The notes beneath the pieces were generated by a model, which saw only the letters and a program-made list of their open reading frames with translations, did no database searches and was not told the origin of the DNA. The position numbers were made by a program, and so were the translations under genes. A stretch of 64,000 nucleotides of DNA from Lama guanicoe (Eukaryota). This document shows positions 24,825 to 37,063 of this stretch, one piece after another; within the stretch, counting starts at the first letter, position 1, and each line of letters opens with the position of its first letter. The DNA lies in the NCBI GenBank assembly GCA_013239625.1, contig MU054120.1, forward strand, positions 434,001-498,000, in the 5' to 3' direction.

Positions 24825-27800
24825 TTTTAAACATAACAGCTTTATTGAGATACAGTTTACACAGTGTGAAATTCATCCTTTTAAAAGTACAGCTCAGTGT
24901 TCATTAGTATACTCACTAAGTTGTGCAGTTGTCCCTACTGTCTAATTTTGGAACATTTTTATCACCTCAAAAAGATACCCATCAACGGGCACTCCCCCAA
25001 CCCCGTGCCTACTCCTGAGACGCAATACGCTGCTCTCAGTGTGGACTGGCCCTCTGTGTGTGAGCTTTGTCACTTAGCACACTTTTTAAAAGATTCATCA
25101 TGTATCTTATTGCTCTTTATGGCTTGATGATGTTACATTGGATGGATACACCACATTTTGTATTTCTCTGCATGAGTTGAGAGACAATCTGGGTTTTCAC
25201 TTTTTGTTTATTATGAATAATGCTGCTGTGAACTATTGTCTACGTGCTTTTGTTTGGACACATTTTCAGTTCTCTCGGGTATGTATACCTACGAGTGGAA
25301 TTACTAGGTTATATGGCAAACCTATTTTTAATATTTTGAGTCAAATTGTTTTCCACAGTGGCTGCACCATCTTAAATCCCTGCCAGTAATGTCTGAGGGT
25401 TCTGATTTCTCTACATACTTGTCAACACTTGCTGTTGTCTGTTTTATTTTTATTACTATAGTCATCCTAGGGGGCGTGAAGTGGAATCTCACTGTGACTG
25501 TGACTTACATTCCTTAATAGCTAATCATGATGCTGAGCATCTTTTGACATGGTTATCAGGCATTTGTGTATCTTCTTTGGAGAAATGTCTATTCGAATTC
25601 TTTGCCCATTTTTAATTGAGCTGTTTGTCTTTTATTGTTGGGATGTAAGTGCTCTTTTGTATTCTAGTTCTAAGACCATTTTCAGATATTTTGTAAAGAT
25701 GTTCTCCCATCATCTGGATTGTCTTTTCCTTTTTTTGTGTGGTATTTTTTGAAGCACAAAATTTTTAAATTATGATAAAATCCAATTTATCTAAATTTTT
25801 GGTTGTGCTTTTAGTGTCATGTTTAAGAAACCATAACTTGATCAAAAGTCATGAAGATTATACCTATGATTTCTTATGAGAGATTTATACTTTTATCTCT
25901 TATGCATAAGTCTATGATCCATTTTGAGTTAATTCCCCCACGTGGTGTGAAGTAGGGCCTCAACTTCATTTTTTTGCAGGTGAAAATCCAGTTGCCCCAG
26001 CAGCATTTGTTGGAAAGGCTGTTGCTTCCCCTGTATATTGTCTAAGCATCCACGTCAAAAAGTAATCGGCAATAAATGTGAGGGATTTTTTTGACTTCCA
26101 GTTATATTCCATTGACCTATACATTTATTCTATGTCAGTATCACACTGTCTTGATTACTGGAGTATTGTAGAAAAAATTATAAAATCTGAAAGTGTAAAT
26201 TCTCCAACTTTATTCTTTTCAAGGATATTTTGGCTACTCTAGGTCCCTTGAATTTTCATATGAATGTCAATCTAAGGTCACCTTGTTAATGTTTGCAAAA
26301 AAGCAGGGGTTTCGGTGGGTTGTTTTGTAGTTAAATCGTGAAAGTTTTCCACTTATTTTGGTACATTTGTTATAAGTGTTTACTCTTTTTGATACTATTG
26401 TGAATAAAATTGTGTTCTTAATTTCATGCTAGTGTTTGCAAATATAATTGAATTTTTGTATATTGAACTCGTGTCCTACAAACTTGAACTTATTCACTCT
26501 GGTAGATTTTCTGTATTACTTATGATTTTCTACATTCAGGATTGTATCATCTTCAAAGAGAGCTTAATTTCTCCTTTCCAATCTGTATCCTTTAGTTTCT
26601 TTTCCTTAACTCATTGACCTGTTTAGAAGCTCAAGTATAATGTTACATAGCAGTAATGAGAATGGAAATCCTTGTCTTGTTCCTTCCTGAGTTTCTTCCA
26701 TAGTTTCCTTTCTGTTGAAAAAGACATGCTTTGGCCCTTCATTTGAGGTAGGTCAGCTGGTGACAAATTCTATTAGTCTTCCTTCATCTGAGAATGTCTT
26801 GATTTCCCCGTCATTTCTGAAGGATATTTTTGCTAGCAGAGGATTCTGGGTCAACAGTTTCTTTTCTTACGGGACTTACGAAATGTGCCACCTTTTCCCA
26901 CCTTCCTGATTTCTGGAAAGAGCCCTGCTGTCCTTCTAATTGTGTTTTCCCTGTAGGCGAGGTGTCAGTTTGCACTGGCTGCTTTCAAAGTTTTTAATTT
27001 ATCTTTACTTTTTAGAAGTGTAATTGAGCTATGCCTTAGCGTGTAGTTCTTCGGGTTTATCCTGTTTGGGGTTGCTCAGCTTGAGTCTGTATGTTTCTGC
27101 TTTTTTTTTTTTTTTTTTTTTTTCCAAATTTGGCACAGATGGCTTCAGCCGTTACATTTTTAAGTTCTTTTTCTGTCCTGCCCTCTTTCTCCTCTGCTTG
27201 CAGAACTCCAATGATATCAATGTCAGATCTTTTGTTACAGTGTCACATGTCCCTGCGGCTGTGTTAACAACTGTTTTTTAGTTTTTTGTTTTGCGGTTTA
27301 TTGTCTCCCTGTTTTTCAGGCTTGGTAATGTTTGTTGTCATTCTCCAGTTCCTGAGTTTTCTCTCTGCCCTCCATTTTTCCACTGAGCTTATCAACTCAG
27401 TTTTTAAAATTATGGTTATTGTATTTTTATTTTATAAAATATCCATTTAGTTCTTTATATCTTATCTTTCTTTACTGAGACTTTTTATTCTTTTCTTGAG
27501 GCATTCTAATTTTCCATTAGTTTCAAGCATGTTTGCAACTATTTGTTGAAGTGTTTATCCCATGGCTGTTTAAAATCCTTGTAAGATAATTCTAACATCT
27601 CTTTCTTCCTCGGTGTTTGGCTTCTGTTGATTATCTTTTTTCATTCGGTTTCAGATCTTTCCAGTCCTCGGTCATGAGCAATGTATTAATTTAAACCAGG
27701 GCATGTTCATAATGTGTATGAGCCTGTGATCTTATTTGTATCTCCTGAGTTAGCTGCCTTTCTATGACACCACTTCTGCAGTGGAAGGGGAGGGCCGCTT

Positions 27801-29965
27801 CATTACTGCCTAGGAGAGACAGGAGTCCAGGTTCTCTACGCAGCCTCCACTGACACCCAAGGCGGGTGTCCTTATTCTTGCTGGATCTCCCCATGTGATT
27901 GCCACTAATGCTATGGTGGGGGTGGCCTTACTACCACTGGTGGTTGGTGAAAGACCGTATTTCCCAGTAGGCCTCTTCTGACCCCACTGGGAGGTGGGGA
28001 GGGCACTTTGTTAATGCTGAGTAGATGTAAAAGTTCAGCCACTGGCACTGCTGGTGATGGACTTCACTCCACCCAGTGGGAATGGACGTCCTTACTCCTT
28101 GCCTGGCCTTCTCTGATACCCTCCCAGCAGGGGTGGTGGGGCACCTTGTAACAGGCACATGAGGGTGGAAGTCTAAGTGCCACACTCGGCTTTTCCTGTC
28201 ATGGAAGGGAATGTGGCCATTCCCTTCTGCCGTTGTTTCTGTTTGGAGTAAAACAATTATTGTCTGTAAGTGTTCTGTCTTGCTAGGCTGCCCTTTCTTG
28301 TGGCTAGAGAGAACAGGCTGTTTTTATTGTTTATAATCTGTGCCCCTTCTAGGTTGTTGGCTTGGTCAGCGCCAAGTCCAGGTTAGAGGAGGCGAAAAGA
28401 AATCCCAGGAACTCACTACCATATCATTCTTGGACCCCGACCTCCCTCGCTGGTCTTCCTTCTCTTTACTTTTCAGTCTTCTGATATTTGTTTATACATA
28501 GTGTCCAGAGTTCTCGGTTGTGTTTCGTGAAAGAAACAGAGGAAATGTGCTTACTCCACCTCCCTAAAAGCAAAAATCTTGTTTCTTTTACTAATTTTTA
28601 TGAGTTATTATCACAGTGGTTTACCTGGAGATTACAAGTAACATCTTAAAACAATTCAGTTCAAAGGAATACCAACTTGATCTCAATAGTGTACAAAAAT
28701 TTGTCCTTTTATACCTCTGTACCCTCCCACTCCTTTGTGCCATTGCTTTGTGGATTTTTTTCTACTGTTCTTTTATTTCAGTCTGAAGGACTCTCTTTGG
28801 TATTTCTTCTAGGGCAGGTCTGCTGGAAATGCATGCTCACAGTTTTAGCCTCTCTGGGAATGTCTTAACACGTCCTTCATTTCTGAAGGCTGTTTTGCTG
28901 GGTGTAGAATTGTATAGAGTTTTGGTTCACAGCCTTTTTTTTTAAGTGCTTAGAATATGTCATCCGGCTGCCTTCTGTCCTCCGTGGCGTCTGCTGAGAA
29001 GTCGGTTGCTGTTCTTACCAAAGTTTTCTTGTGCAGGATGATTAGTTTTACTCATTGCTTTCAAGATTCTCTCTGGATTTCACCTCAACACTTTGACTAG
29101 GATGCTTCTAATTCTCCTCCTGGAGTTTGTTGAGCTTTTTCAGATGTGCAGATTAATACTTTTCATCAAATTTGGGAAGTTTCTGGCCTTTATCGACTTA
29201 GACACTCCTTTGCCCTTCCTTTTGTCTTCTTCTAAGGCTCCTTATATGCTTATGCAGGTACAACTGACATTGTCTCATCTTCTTCTAAGGCTCCTTATAT
29301 GCTTATGCAGGTACAACTGACATTGTCTCATCTTCTTCTAAGGCTCCTTATATGCTTATGCAGGTACAACTGACATTGTCCCATGGGGCTCTGATGCCCT
29401 GTTATATCATTCTTTGGTTCTGTGCTTCCTCCGATTAGACAATTGAAATTGACTGATCTTCAGATTCACTTATTTTTCTTCTGCCAGTTCAGAGCCGATT
29501 TTGAATGCCTCTAGTAGATGTTTCAAAATTTATTCAAAATTTCTATTTGGTTCTTTTTAAAAATCTCTATATCTTCATTGATATTCTTCACATGGAGACA
29601 TCATTCTCATACTTCTCTGTAATTCTGTAAACATTTTTTTCCTTAGTTTTTGTAACATACTTAAAATGGCTGCTTTGAAGTATTTGCCGAGTAAGTCCAG
29701 TGTCTCAGCTTCTTTATGGGTGGTTTCTTTGACTGCTTTTTATCTTACGTATGGGCCACACCTTGTATCTTATATTTTTTGTTGCAATTTGGACATTTTA
29801 AATAAAGCAATGGGACAATGCTGGTAATCAAACATCACCTTGGGATTTTCTATGCATTTTGTCATTGTTGTTGTTTATTTGTTTAGTGACTTTCCTGAAC
29901 TAATTCTATAAAGTCTGTATTCTTTGCCATGTGTAACCACTGAGGTCTCTGCTGAGTGAGGTAAC
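24825..29965 (-). mobile_element. Cluster of antisense old LINE-1 pieces (L1MB-like 3'/ORF2 ~24825-26690, L1MD-like 5' region ~26690-28580, L1M4-like ~28580-29965)
   Basis: ttttattgagatacagtttacac, tatcttctttggagaaatgtctattc, tgaaggatatttttgct (found twice), and GC-richer repeated 5'-region units at 27700-28560. Confidence 0.8.
29225..29383. repeat. Tandem repeat, 53 bp x 3
   Basis: Unit tcttcttctaaggctccttatatgcttatgcaggtacaactgacattgtctca at 29225, 29278 and 29331. Identical except tca>cca at the end of copy 3. Confidence 0.97.
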
Positions 29966-32189
29966 TACTTTTATATTTCTTTTTTCTATGAAGTTAATCT
30001 TTGAATAAAGAGGGTACTAATAAGAGAAGAAAAGTGAAAAAAATAAGAGACAATAACGAATCCAGGTGACATTGCTAAGGATGTACATCCATTCCACATT
30101 GCCCAGACCCCTACAAACACTGCTTGTACACTGGGCTGAATTTGGAGAATGAGGATGTGGGACGCCTGCATGCCAAAGTCAGAGAATGGCTGTTGAATTC
30201 CTCATCTTATCTGCTCCAAGTACTGAGAGATAAAGTTAACTTTTTCTCCTGAATAGTGCAACCTAAAAGCATTTAGAATAACATAGTTGGAGATGAAAGT
30301 GATTGTTGATTTTCTCATTTTTAAAGATAAGAAAAATGATGTTGAGAGGAGATAGGTGATTTTTCTCAGGTCAACAAATTCTTAGTAGCAGAGTTGAGTT
30401 TTAAAATCCAGGCTATTTTCCATTCATTATGCTACTTACATGGTAGCATTCTATATTTCGATAGATAAAACATTTTTTATTCTTTTGACTTATTAATACA
30501 ATGTGATTACTCTTTCATGACATTTTCACATACTACATGTGTTATCAAACTCAGACTGAAGAGTTTCCCTAAGAAATAGTTCTATAGTTCTATATCAAAC
30601 AAAATGGGATAGAGCTCCTGGATATAACGAGAAATGTATTTTGCAGATGGGTGGCTTGTGGTTTTTATGTGGAGTGACAAATCATTTGATATATGAGTAC
30701 TAGGCTAGATGTAAAAGTCAATTATCTTTGCTTTGTAACCATGATATACCACTTAACTAAATATAATGTAAGCTTCTTAAAATACTATTTTCTTCTCTCC
30801 ATTCTTTTTCTTTTAAACATTGGAATGTATTTTTCCAAAATTTCTAAGAAATATATTAAAAAATTAACTTAATTGCCCTCAATAACCATAAACATTATAA
30901 AGCAGCCTATGTTAATCTTTCTTTATCATATTCTTTTTAAAAATGAATGGATTATAAAAATACCTGCATAATTCTGAAATACAGGTCTTAGTTACATCTT
31001 GGATATTTGTCCATAATAAATAAATAAATAAATATCACAAAGGATTAGTATATCCAGAAAAACGCTTCTCACCTAGCAACCTTGTTATTCAATCTAGCTT
31101 CCCTTTAAATTGCCATTTTAAGTGAAAAAGTAGCTTTATTTCCCAATTAACAGTCTTAGTTAACAGTCAAGTCTGGATGCAGTGTATTGATTCAGAATTT
31201 TGGAACAACACTTTTCATCATATAATGTTGCAACAGAATGTTACGTGTCATGATGAGCCTGGCTTGAATCTTTGATATGAATAGCTACAAGGAAAAAAAG
31301 ATATCAAAAGGAATTCCAAAAAGGAAAGGGTGTATATAACGACATCTACAGAAAAAGCAGCACCTAATAGACTCTGTTGTGGAAGTGCCAGGGTTTCTGC
31401 TGCTTAATGAGGGAAGCAAGAGGTCTGAGGATAAGAAGATTAAGTTCTGAAAGAGCGACTCCCCCAGTGCACTGACCTCCCCAGGTCCCTAGGAGTCAAA
31501 CTGTCTCAGAAATGGAGTGTGCATTCAGGGACGGCAGAGCGATAATATCTCCCTGAGACAGGAGAGATCAAGGTTGTTCATACATTTCCAAATGATCCAG
31601 AGTCCTTTCACATCAGCTGACTGCCACTCCTGGGTAGGGAAGCAGAAGAAAGATCTGAGTGATAATGTGTGGCTGTGAATTACCTCTGTGGTTAATGGTG
31701 TTTTTGTTAATGTGAGATGGAGAAGGCAGATAAAAAGGCAGTAGTTACCAACTTTCCAGGCAAGCTCATTCCAGCTACTTCTCTAACTGTGAGTCATTCA
31801 TTAGTTTGTCAAGTAAAAAAAATCACTCTAGTACTCACATTCCCTTGATATTGTCTGGTATAACTTTGAGTTTGCTGTATAATACTATGAGGGGGGAGGT
31901 GGAGGGAGAGGAGAAGAGGGAGAAGCGGGCAGGGAAGGAAGGAGGAGGGAGAAACCAGAGCCTGGCCCTAGTCAAAGGCATACTATTTCCACCAAGTATT
32001 TTGTTAAAATACAAAATACTTAGCATTGAACTAACAGAGATCAGGAGTCGTGGGCGCTAGACCATGCTGTCTCTGTCTTGTTTTGTGCCTGAGAAATGCT
32101 ACGGAGAAGCACTCATTCTCACGGTTCTTTGCCAGAAAACTAGAAAGTTAAACTAGAATTTGTGTAAGGTTCCGTCTCAGTTACACTGT

Positions 32190-32410
32190 TGATGGCATTG
32201 GTTACATGCCAGAGTGTTTTTCAGACGCTGCCTCATTTAACAATCACAACAGTTAAGTTCTATGATCTCGGTTTTATAGATGAGATTATGGAGCACAGGG
32301 CAGTTCAACAATTTATCTCAGTTGACCTTATAAAAGAAAGAGTAACAGATAGATTGGATCTTAGGTCTGCCTGGCTCCAAAGACTAGAAAAGCTTTACTA
32401 CCTCCAGCCA
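32190..32410. mobile_element. MIR SINE
   Basis: ctcatttaacaatcacaac...gttttatagatgagattatggagcacag...aggtctgcctggctccaaag. Confidence 0.65.
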
Positions 32411-34306
32411 TTGCACTTTGCGAAATAACAGATACGTGTTTAGAGGTTGAAATGAATAACATTTCTCCAGTTTTACTGAAAACATGAAGTTTGACTTTCA
32501 TAAGATTATGAGGATCTCTTGATGAGACAGCTGGTGTTAGATGGTCAACATTCTTTCCCGGCATAGTGTCCTGAATGGCTGTGCCGGGAGCAGACAAATC
32601 CACACTCTCCTCTCCAGTCTATTGGCCAGAGTTATATTTTACTTCTGCCTGAAGGACAGTCTTGATTTCTTCATTCCTTCCTAATGTGACCATGAAAAGA
32701 AAGCTGTCTACTGAAATACAGCTTAACAAGAGCAAGAAGAGAATGCATATTCCTTTTCAGAAAAACATCCCAAACGATAGACATGAAGCTTGTCATCATC
32801 AAAAGACACTCACCCATTAGCAGATCTTCCAGGTGACCCAGAAGCAGACCTTATTTAAAAACAAAAAAAAAAGCCATATGCTTTACTAATCGCAAACTAT
32901 TCACTCCACGTTTTAGGTGAATCTTAAATAGAGTACATGCCTTGGAGTCAGACGAGCCAGGCTTCCAAACCTAGTAGTGTGACTCTAAGCCAACCCATTC
33001 GCTTTCTGCTAAGAATGGGCAAAATATTGCTACTTGTATGTTTATAATGAGGATTAGAAATAATATAGCTAAGTTATTGGCAGGTAAGTCCTCAGGAATG
33101 GGCATTTACTATGATGGGAAACAAAGATGTCCTGTTTGGCTTGCCATGTGAAGACAGGGAGGGGTTTTTGAATAGCATAAATTTGAATTATATTATCAGA
33201 CTTCAAGTTTGTCAAGATGTTTCCCTGAATAACTGGCTGGGGAAGCACATAAATAATATGAGTTATATTTCCAGTTTTATTAGTGCTTTTTTTTCCCTCC
33301 TACATCTGTCTTTCAGGGCCTCTATTACTTTGAAAAACCAGTGTGGAGGATTTCTTGAATCTCTCTGCTACGCAACCAGCTCTAAAGCAGCATATTTGTA
33401 CAAAGTCAGCATTGCACAGAGCAGAACGTAGCTGTTAGGCTTGAAAAGTGTTCTCCTCGAAAACATGAACGGGAGATCCCTGGGCTGACCTTAGACAAGG
33501 GCTATTAAACATGCTCACTAAACAGCCACACAGTTAGAACCTAACCAAACATTATTACCTTTGCCTTTGATTCTTTTGGAATGCCACCAAGGCCCTGCTG
33601 TAAGACTTCTGCGGTCTCTCCCTATTAACTTAGTGCTGTAACCTGACTGTTTCATAACTGGCGCTAAAATTACAGAATCAAAACCCTGAGTGTGTGCATG
33701 CAAATTATTCAGGTTAAAAGAAATCCAGCTGGGAAATACAGAGACTCAAATCCCCTTACTAATTTTGACTTCGTATAGCTCACAATTTTGAAATAATGGG
33801 AAGATCTCAAGAGTAATAAATGATATCCAGCAGCCAACAAGTTTACAGGAATAGCAGGAGTCTCTTTGTTCTTTGGTTTAAAGTAGTTTGTAAATATATA
33901 AACAGGTTTTTTAAATTTCAGGTTTTTCTTCCGTGTTTCAATTCTTACGGTCTGGTTTATATCAATGATACCAGTCATTAGGTGTAATTCTATATTGTTA
34001 AGTCCAGGATTGTAGCTTCACAATAGCGACTGATCCACCTTTACCCATAACTTTAGCCATAGATACCTAAGAAAAAACACTATTGCCTGATTAATCGTGG
34101 TCTGTAGAGTGAGGGTATTCAGTGAGACTCTTTCATGGTTCTGTTTCAACCCCATAGTATATAACAATTAAGATATTAGGCACCAGAATTGAATACCTGT
34201 CTCCAAATACAATTTTCTAATTCATTTATTCATTCAGCAACTATTTATGGACCAGAAATTATTTTGAACACTGAGGGTTAAATAGTGAACAAGAAGTCCC
34301 TGCCTC

Positions 34307-34342
<36 letters not shown>
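34307..34342. repeat. (TA)n(TG)n microsatellite
   Basis: atatatatatat followed by a (gt)n run. Confidence 0.9.
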
Positions 34343-34649
34343 ATTAATATTCTAGTGCGAAGACACAGAAAACAAGAAGCTAAATAAAGAACTGTGAGGT
34401 AAGAGCAGACAAAAAGATTACTGTGATGTGGAGCAGCTTTTGTCTGCCAGTGTATTAGATCAATTCACTAGCTCTGTTACTTTTGGAAAGTGATTGAATG
34501 CCTCTAAGTAATTGAAGAAGGTATATAATGTTACAAAATTTGTAGGACTTAAGTGAAATAGTACACATAAAGTGCTGAAATCAGTGACCGATTTATAGTA
34601 GTTGCTCAAAAAAAATCTAAGCTGATGGAGACTTTTGAAAGTTGGCAAA

Positions 34650-35665
34650 GACTAGCTACAGGAAGCCTACAGCTCACATTATACTTAACGGTGGGGAACT
34701 CGAAGCTTTCCCACTAATATCAGGTACAAGACAAGTATATTCTCTCTCACCACTCATTTTCAGGATTGTACTGGAAATCTTTGCTAATGCAATAAGGCAA
34801 GAAATAAGATGACAGCCATACAGCAACCAACATTCATTCAGCAAATATTTATGGACCAAAACTCCCATTTATTGCTGGCTAGAAGGCAAAATGGTACAGT
34901 CACTTTGGAAGACATATTGGTGATTTCTTACAAAACTAATCATACTCTTACCACATGTTCCAGCAATCACGCTTCTCGGTATTTACCCAAAGGAGTTGAA
35001 AACTTATGTTCACACAAAAATCTGCACATGACTGGTCTGTATCAGCTTTACTAATAATTGCTGAAACATGGAAGCAATCAAGATGTCCTTCAGTAGGTAA
35101 ATGTGTAAACAAACTGATATATCCAGACATTGGAATATTATTCAGAGCTAAAAAGAAAAATGTACTATCAAGCTAATAAAAGGCATAGGAGAACCTTAAG
35201 TATATATTACTAAGTGAAATAAGCCAATCTGAAAAGGCTGCCTATTGTATGATATAAATAACATCTGTATAACATCTGGAAAAGGCAAAACTATGAGACA
35301 ATAAAAAAGGTCAGCAGGTTTTTTTTAGAGGTTTAAGGGAGGGAGAGATGAACAGGCAGAGCTCAGAGGATTTCTAGGGCAGTGAAAATACTCTGTTCGG
35401 TACTGTAATGGTAGATACATGTCATTGAACATTTGTCCAGGCTCATAAATGTACAAAGGCAAGAGTGAACCCTAATGTGAACTATGGACTTCAGGTGATT
35501 GCAATATTCATCAGTTATAACAAATGTACCACTCTAGTGGGAAGTGGCGATTACAGAGGAGGCTGTGCGTATGTTTTGGCAGACAATCTATGGGAAATCT
35601 CTGTACCTTCCTCGTAATTTTATTGCAAACCTAAAACTGCTCTTCAAAAATTCTCTAAAAAACCA
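34650..35665 (+). mobile_element. LINE-1 (L1MC/MD-like) ORF2 pieces plus 3' UTR
   Basis: gaagctttcccactaatatcaggtacaagacaag, tatttacccaaaggagttgaaaacttatgttcacacaaaaatctg, aagagtgaaccctaatgtgaactatggactt. Confidence 0.85.
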
Positions 35666-36399
35666 AGCCTTTGTTTTCATTGCTAATTAAATTTGTATTT
35701 TTTTCTTTCTACTCACTATGTACATTTATTCCACAGATTAAGAAAATTATTATTATTTACTATGTCAAAGCACTGTTTTAGGTGTTACTGAGTATGTGAT
35801 AGAAAACAAGGCAAAAATGCCAACAGAATACCCTGCCCACAGGGAGCTTACACTTTAGTACACATGATTCTATTAGGTTGAATCATGTGCTTGTTGTTTT
35901 ATAAATAGTTGGATAACGATTTATGCAAATTGTAGCTTCTTACATCTCTGAAGTAGAGGATATTTACAAAATTAATAAAATAATATTTATAAAATATTTT
36001 GTTGTTAATTAAAGTGTAAATCAGAGATCTGAGTGTTGAGGTGAAATGAGTGGCCTTTCAGTGTTTTCGATCAAGTTTTTGTCTTTATAATAACAGTTGC
36101 GTGGGCTTCCACATGATAAATTTGTAATTAGTTATTCAATCCATAGACACCCATATTTGAAGATTGTCTAATAAAAATGTATCTCTTCTCAGCATTAATT
36201 TTGGTTTTTAAAATATGTTATGAAATAATTTCTGGCCATGTATGTATAACATAACACTGTAGCCAACTTAGGACAGTTTAAATGCAAAGCTAAATTACAT
36301 TCAAAGGAAACAAAATGATAAAGATGAAATTATCAAAAGATAAAATTTGGCTTCCTTTAATGTAAAATATGTTATGTTATACTGGAGTCCAGGTCTAAG

Positions 36400-36670
36400 G
36401 CACTGGTTTCCAGTATTCATGGTTAAAAGCATACACTCTGGACTTGTCTAGCTTTAGTTAGGAGACTAACTCTGCCGTTTTCTGTCTGTGTCCCGGTGGA
36501 AAAGCCAGTTAGCCTTTCTGTGCCTCCGTTTCTTCACATGTAAAGTAGAGACAATGCCAGTGTTTATGTTAAAGGCTTCCTGGGAAGGTAAACGAATGTA
36601 TATGTGAAGTGCTGAGAATGGTGCTTGGCACGTGGTAAGTGCTTTCTGTTTAACTCTTGTGATGGTCATT
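36400..36670. mobile_element. MIR SINE
   Basis: ctgtgcctccgtttcttcacatgtaaagtagag...gtgaagtgctgagaatggtgcttggcacgtggtaagtgct. Confidence 0.75.
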
Positions 36671-36706
36671 ATACTTATTCACGAAGACAAGAAGAACCTT
36701 TGTCAT

Positions 36707-37063
36707 TGCCGTAGACTGTTTGTGCCCCCCACCATGCATTGGTTGAAACCTGACCCCAGTGTGATGCATTTGGGGAGGGCACCTTGAGGAAGTGATTAGA
36801 TCGCGAGCGCAGGGCCCTCGTGAATGAGATTAGCGCTCTCATAAGAAAAGATGCCAGGGGCTTTCTTCCTCTTTCCACTCTGTGAGGACACAAGGAGAAG
36901 GTGGCCATCTGTAAGCCTAGAAGGGGTGTCACCTCCTACTAGATCTGCTGGCACCTTGATCTTGAACTTCCCAGCCTCCAAAACTGTGGGAAATAAAGTC
37001 TGCTGTTTGCAAGTCATGCAGCCTATGGAGTTTTTGTTTTAGCAGCTTGAATAGACTAAGACA
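36707..37063 (+). mobile_element. MaLR solo LTR (MLT1A-like)
   Basis: tgccgtagactgtttgtgcccccc...tgtgaggacacaaggagaaggtggccatctgtaagcc...aataaagtctgctg...gactaagaca, with TSD-like flanks gtcat/ctcat. Confidence 0.88.

Noticed and set aside
29225..29383. CRISPR-like array
   Set aside because: The units are head-to-tail with no spacers, lie within a mammalian L1, and have no cas genes nearby.
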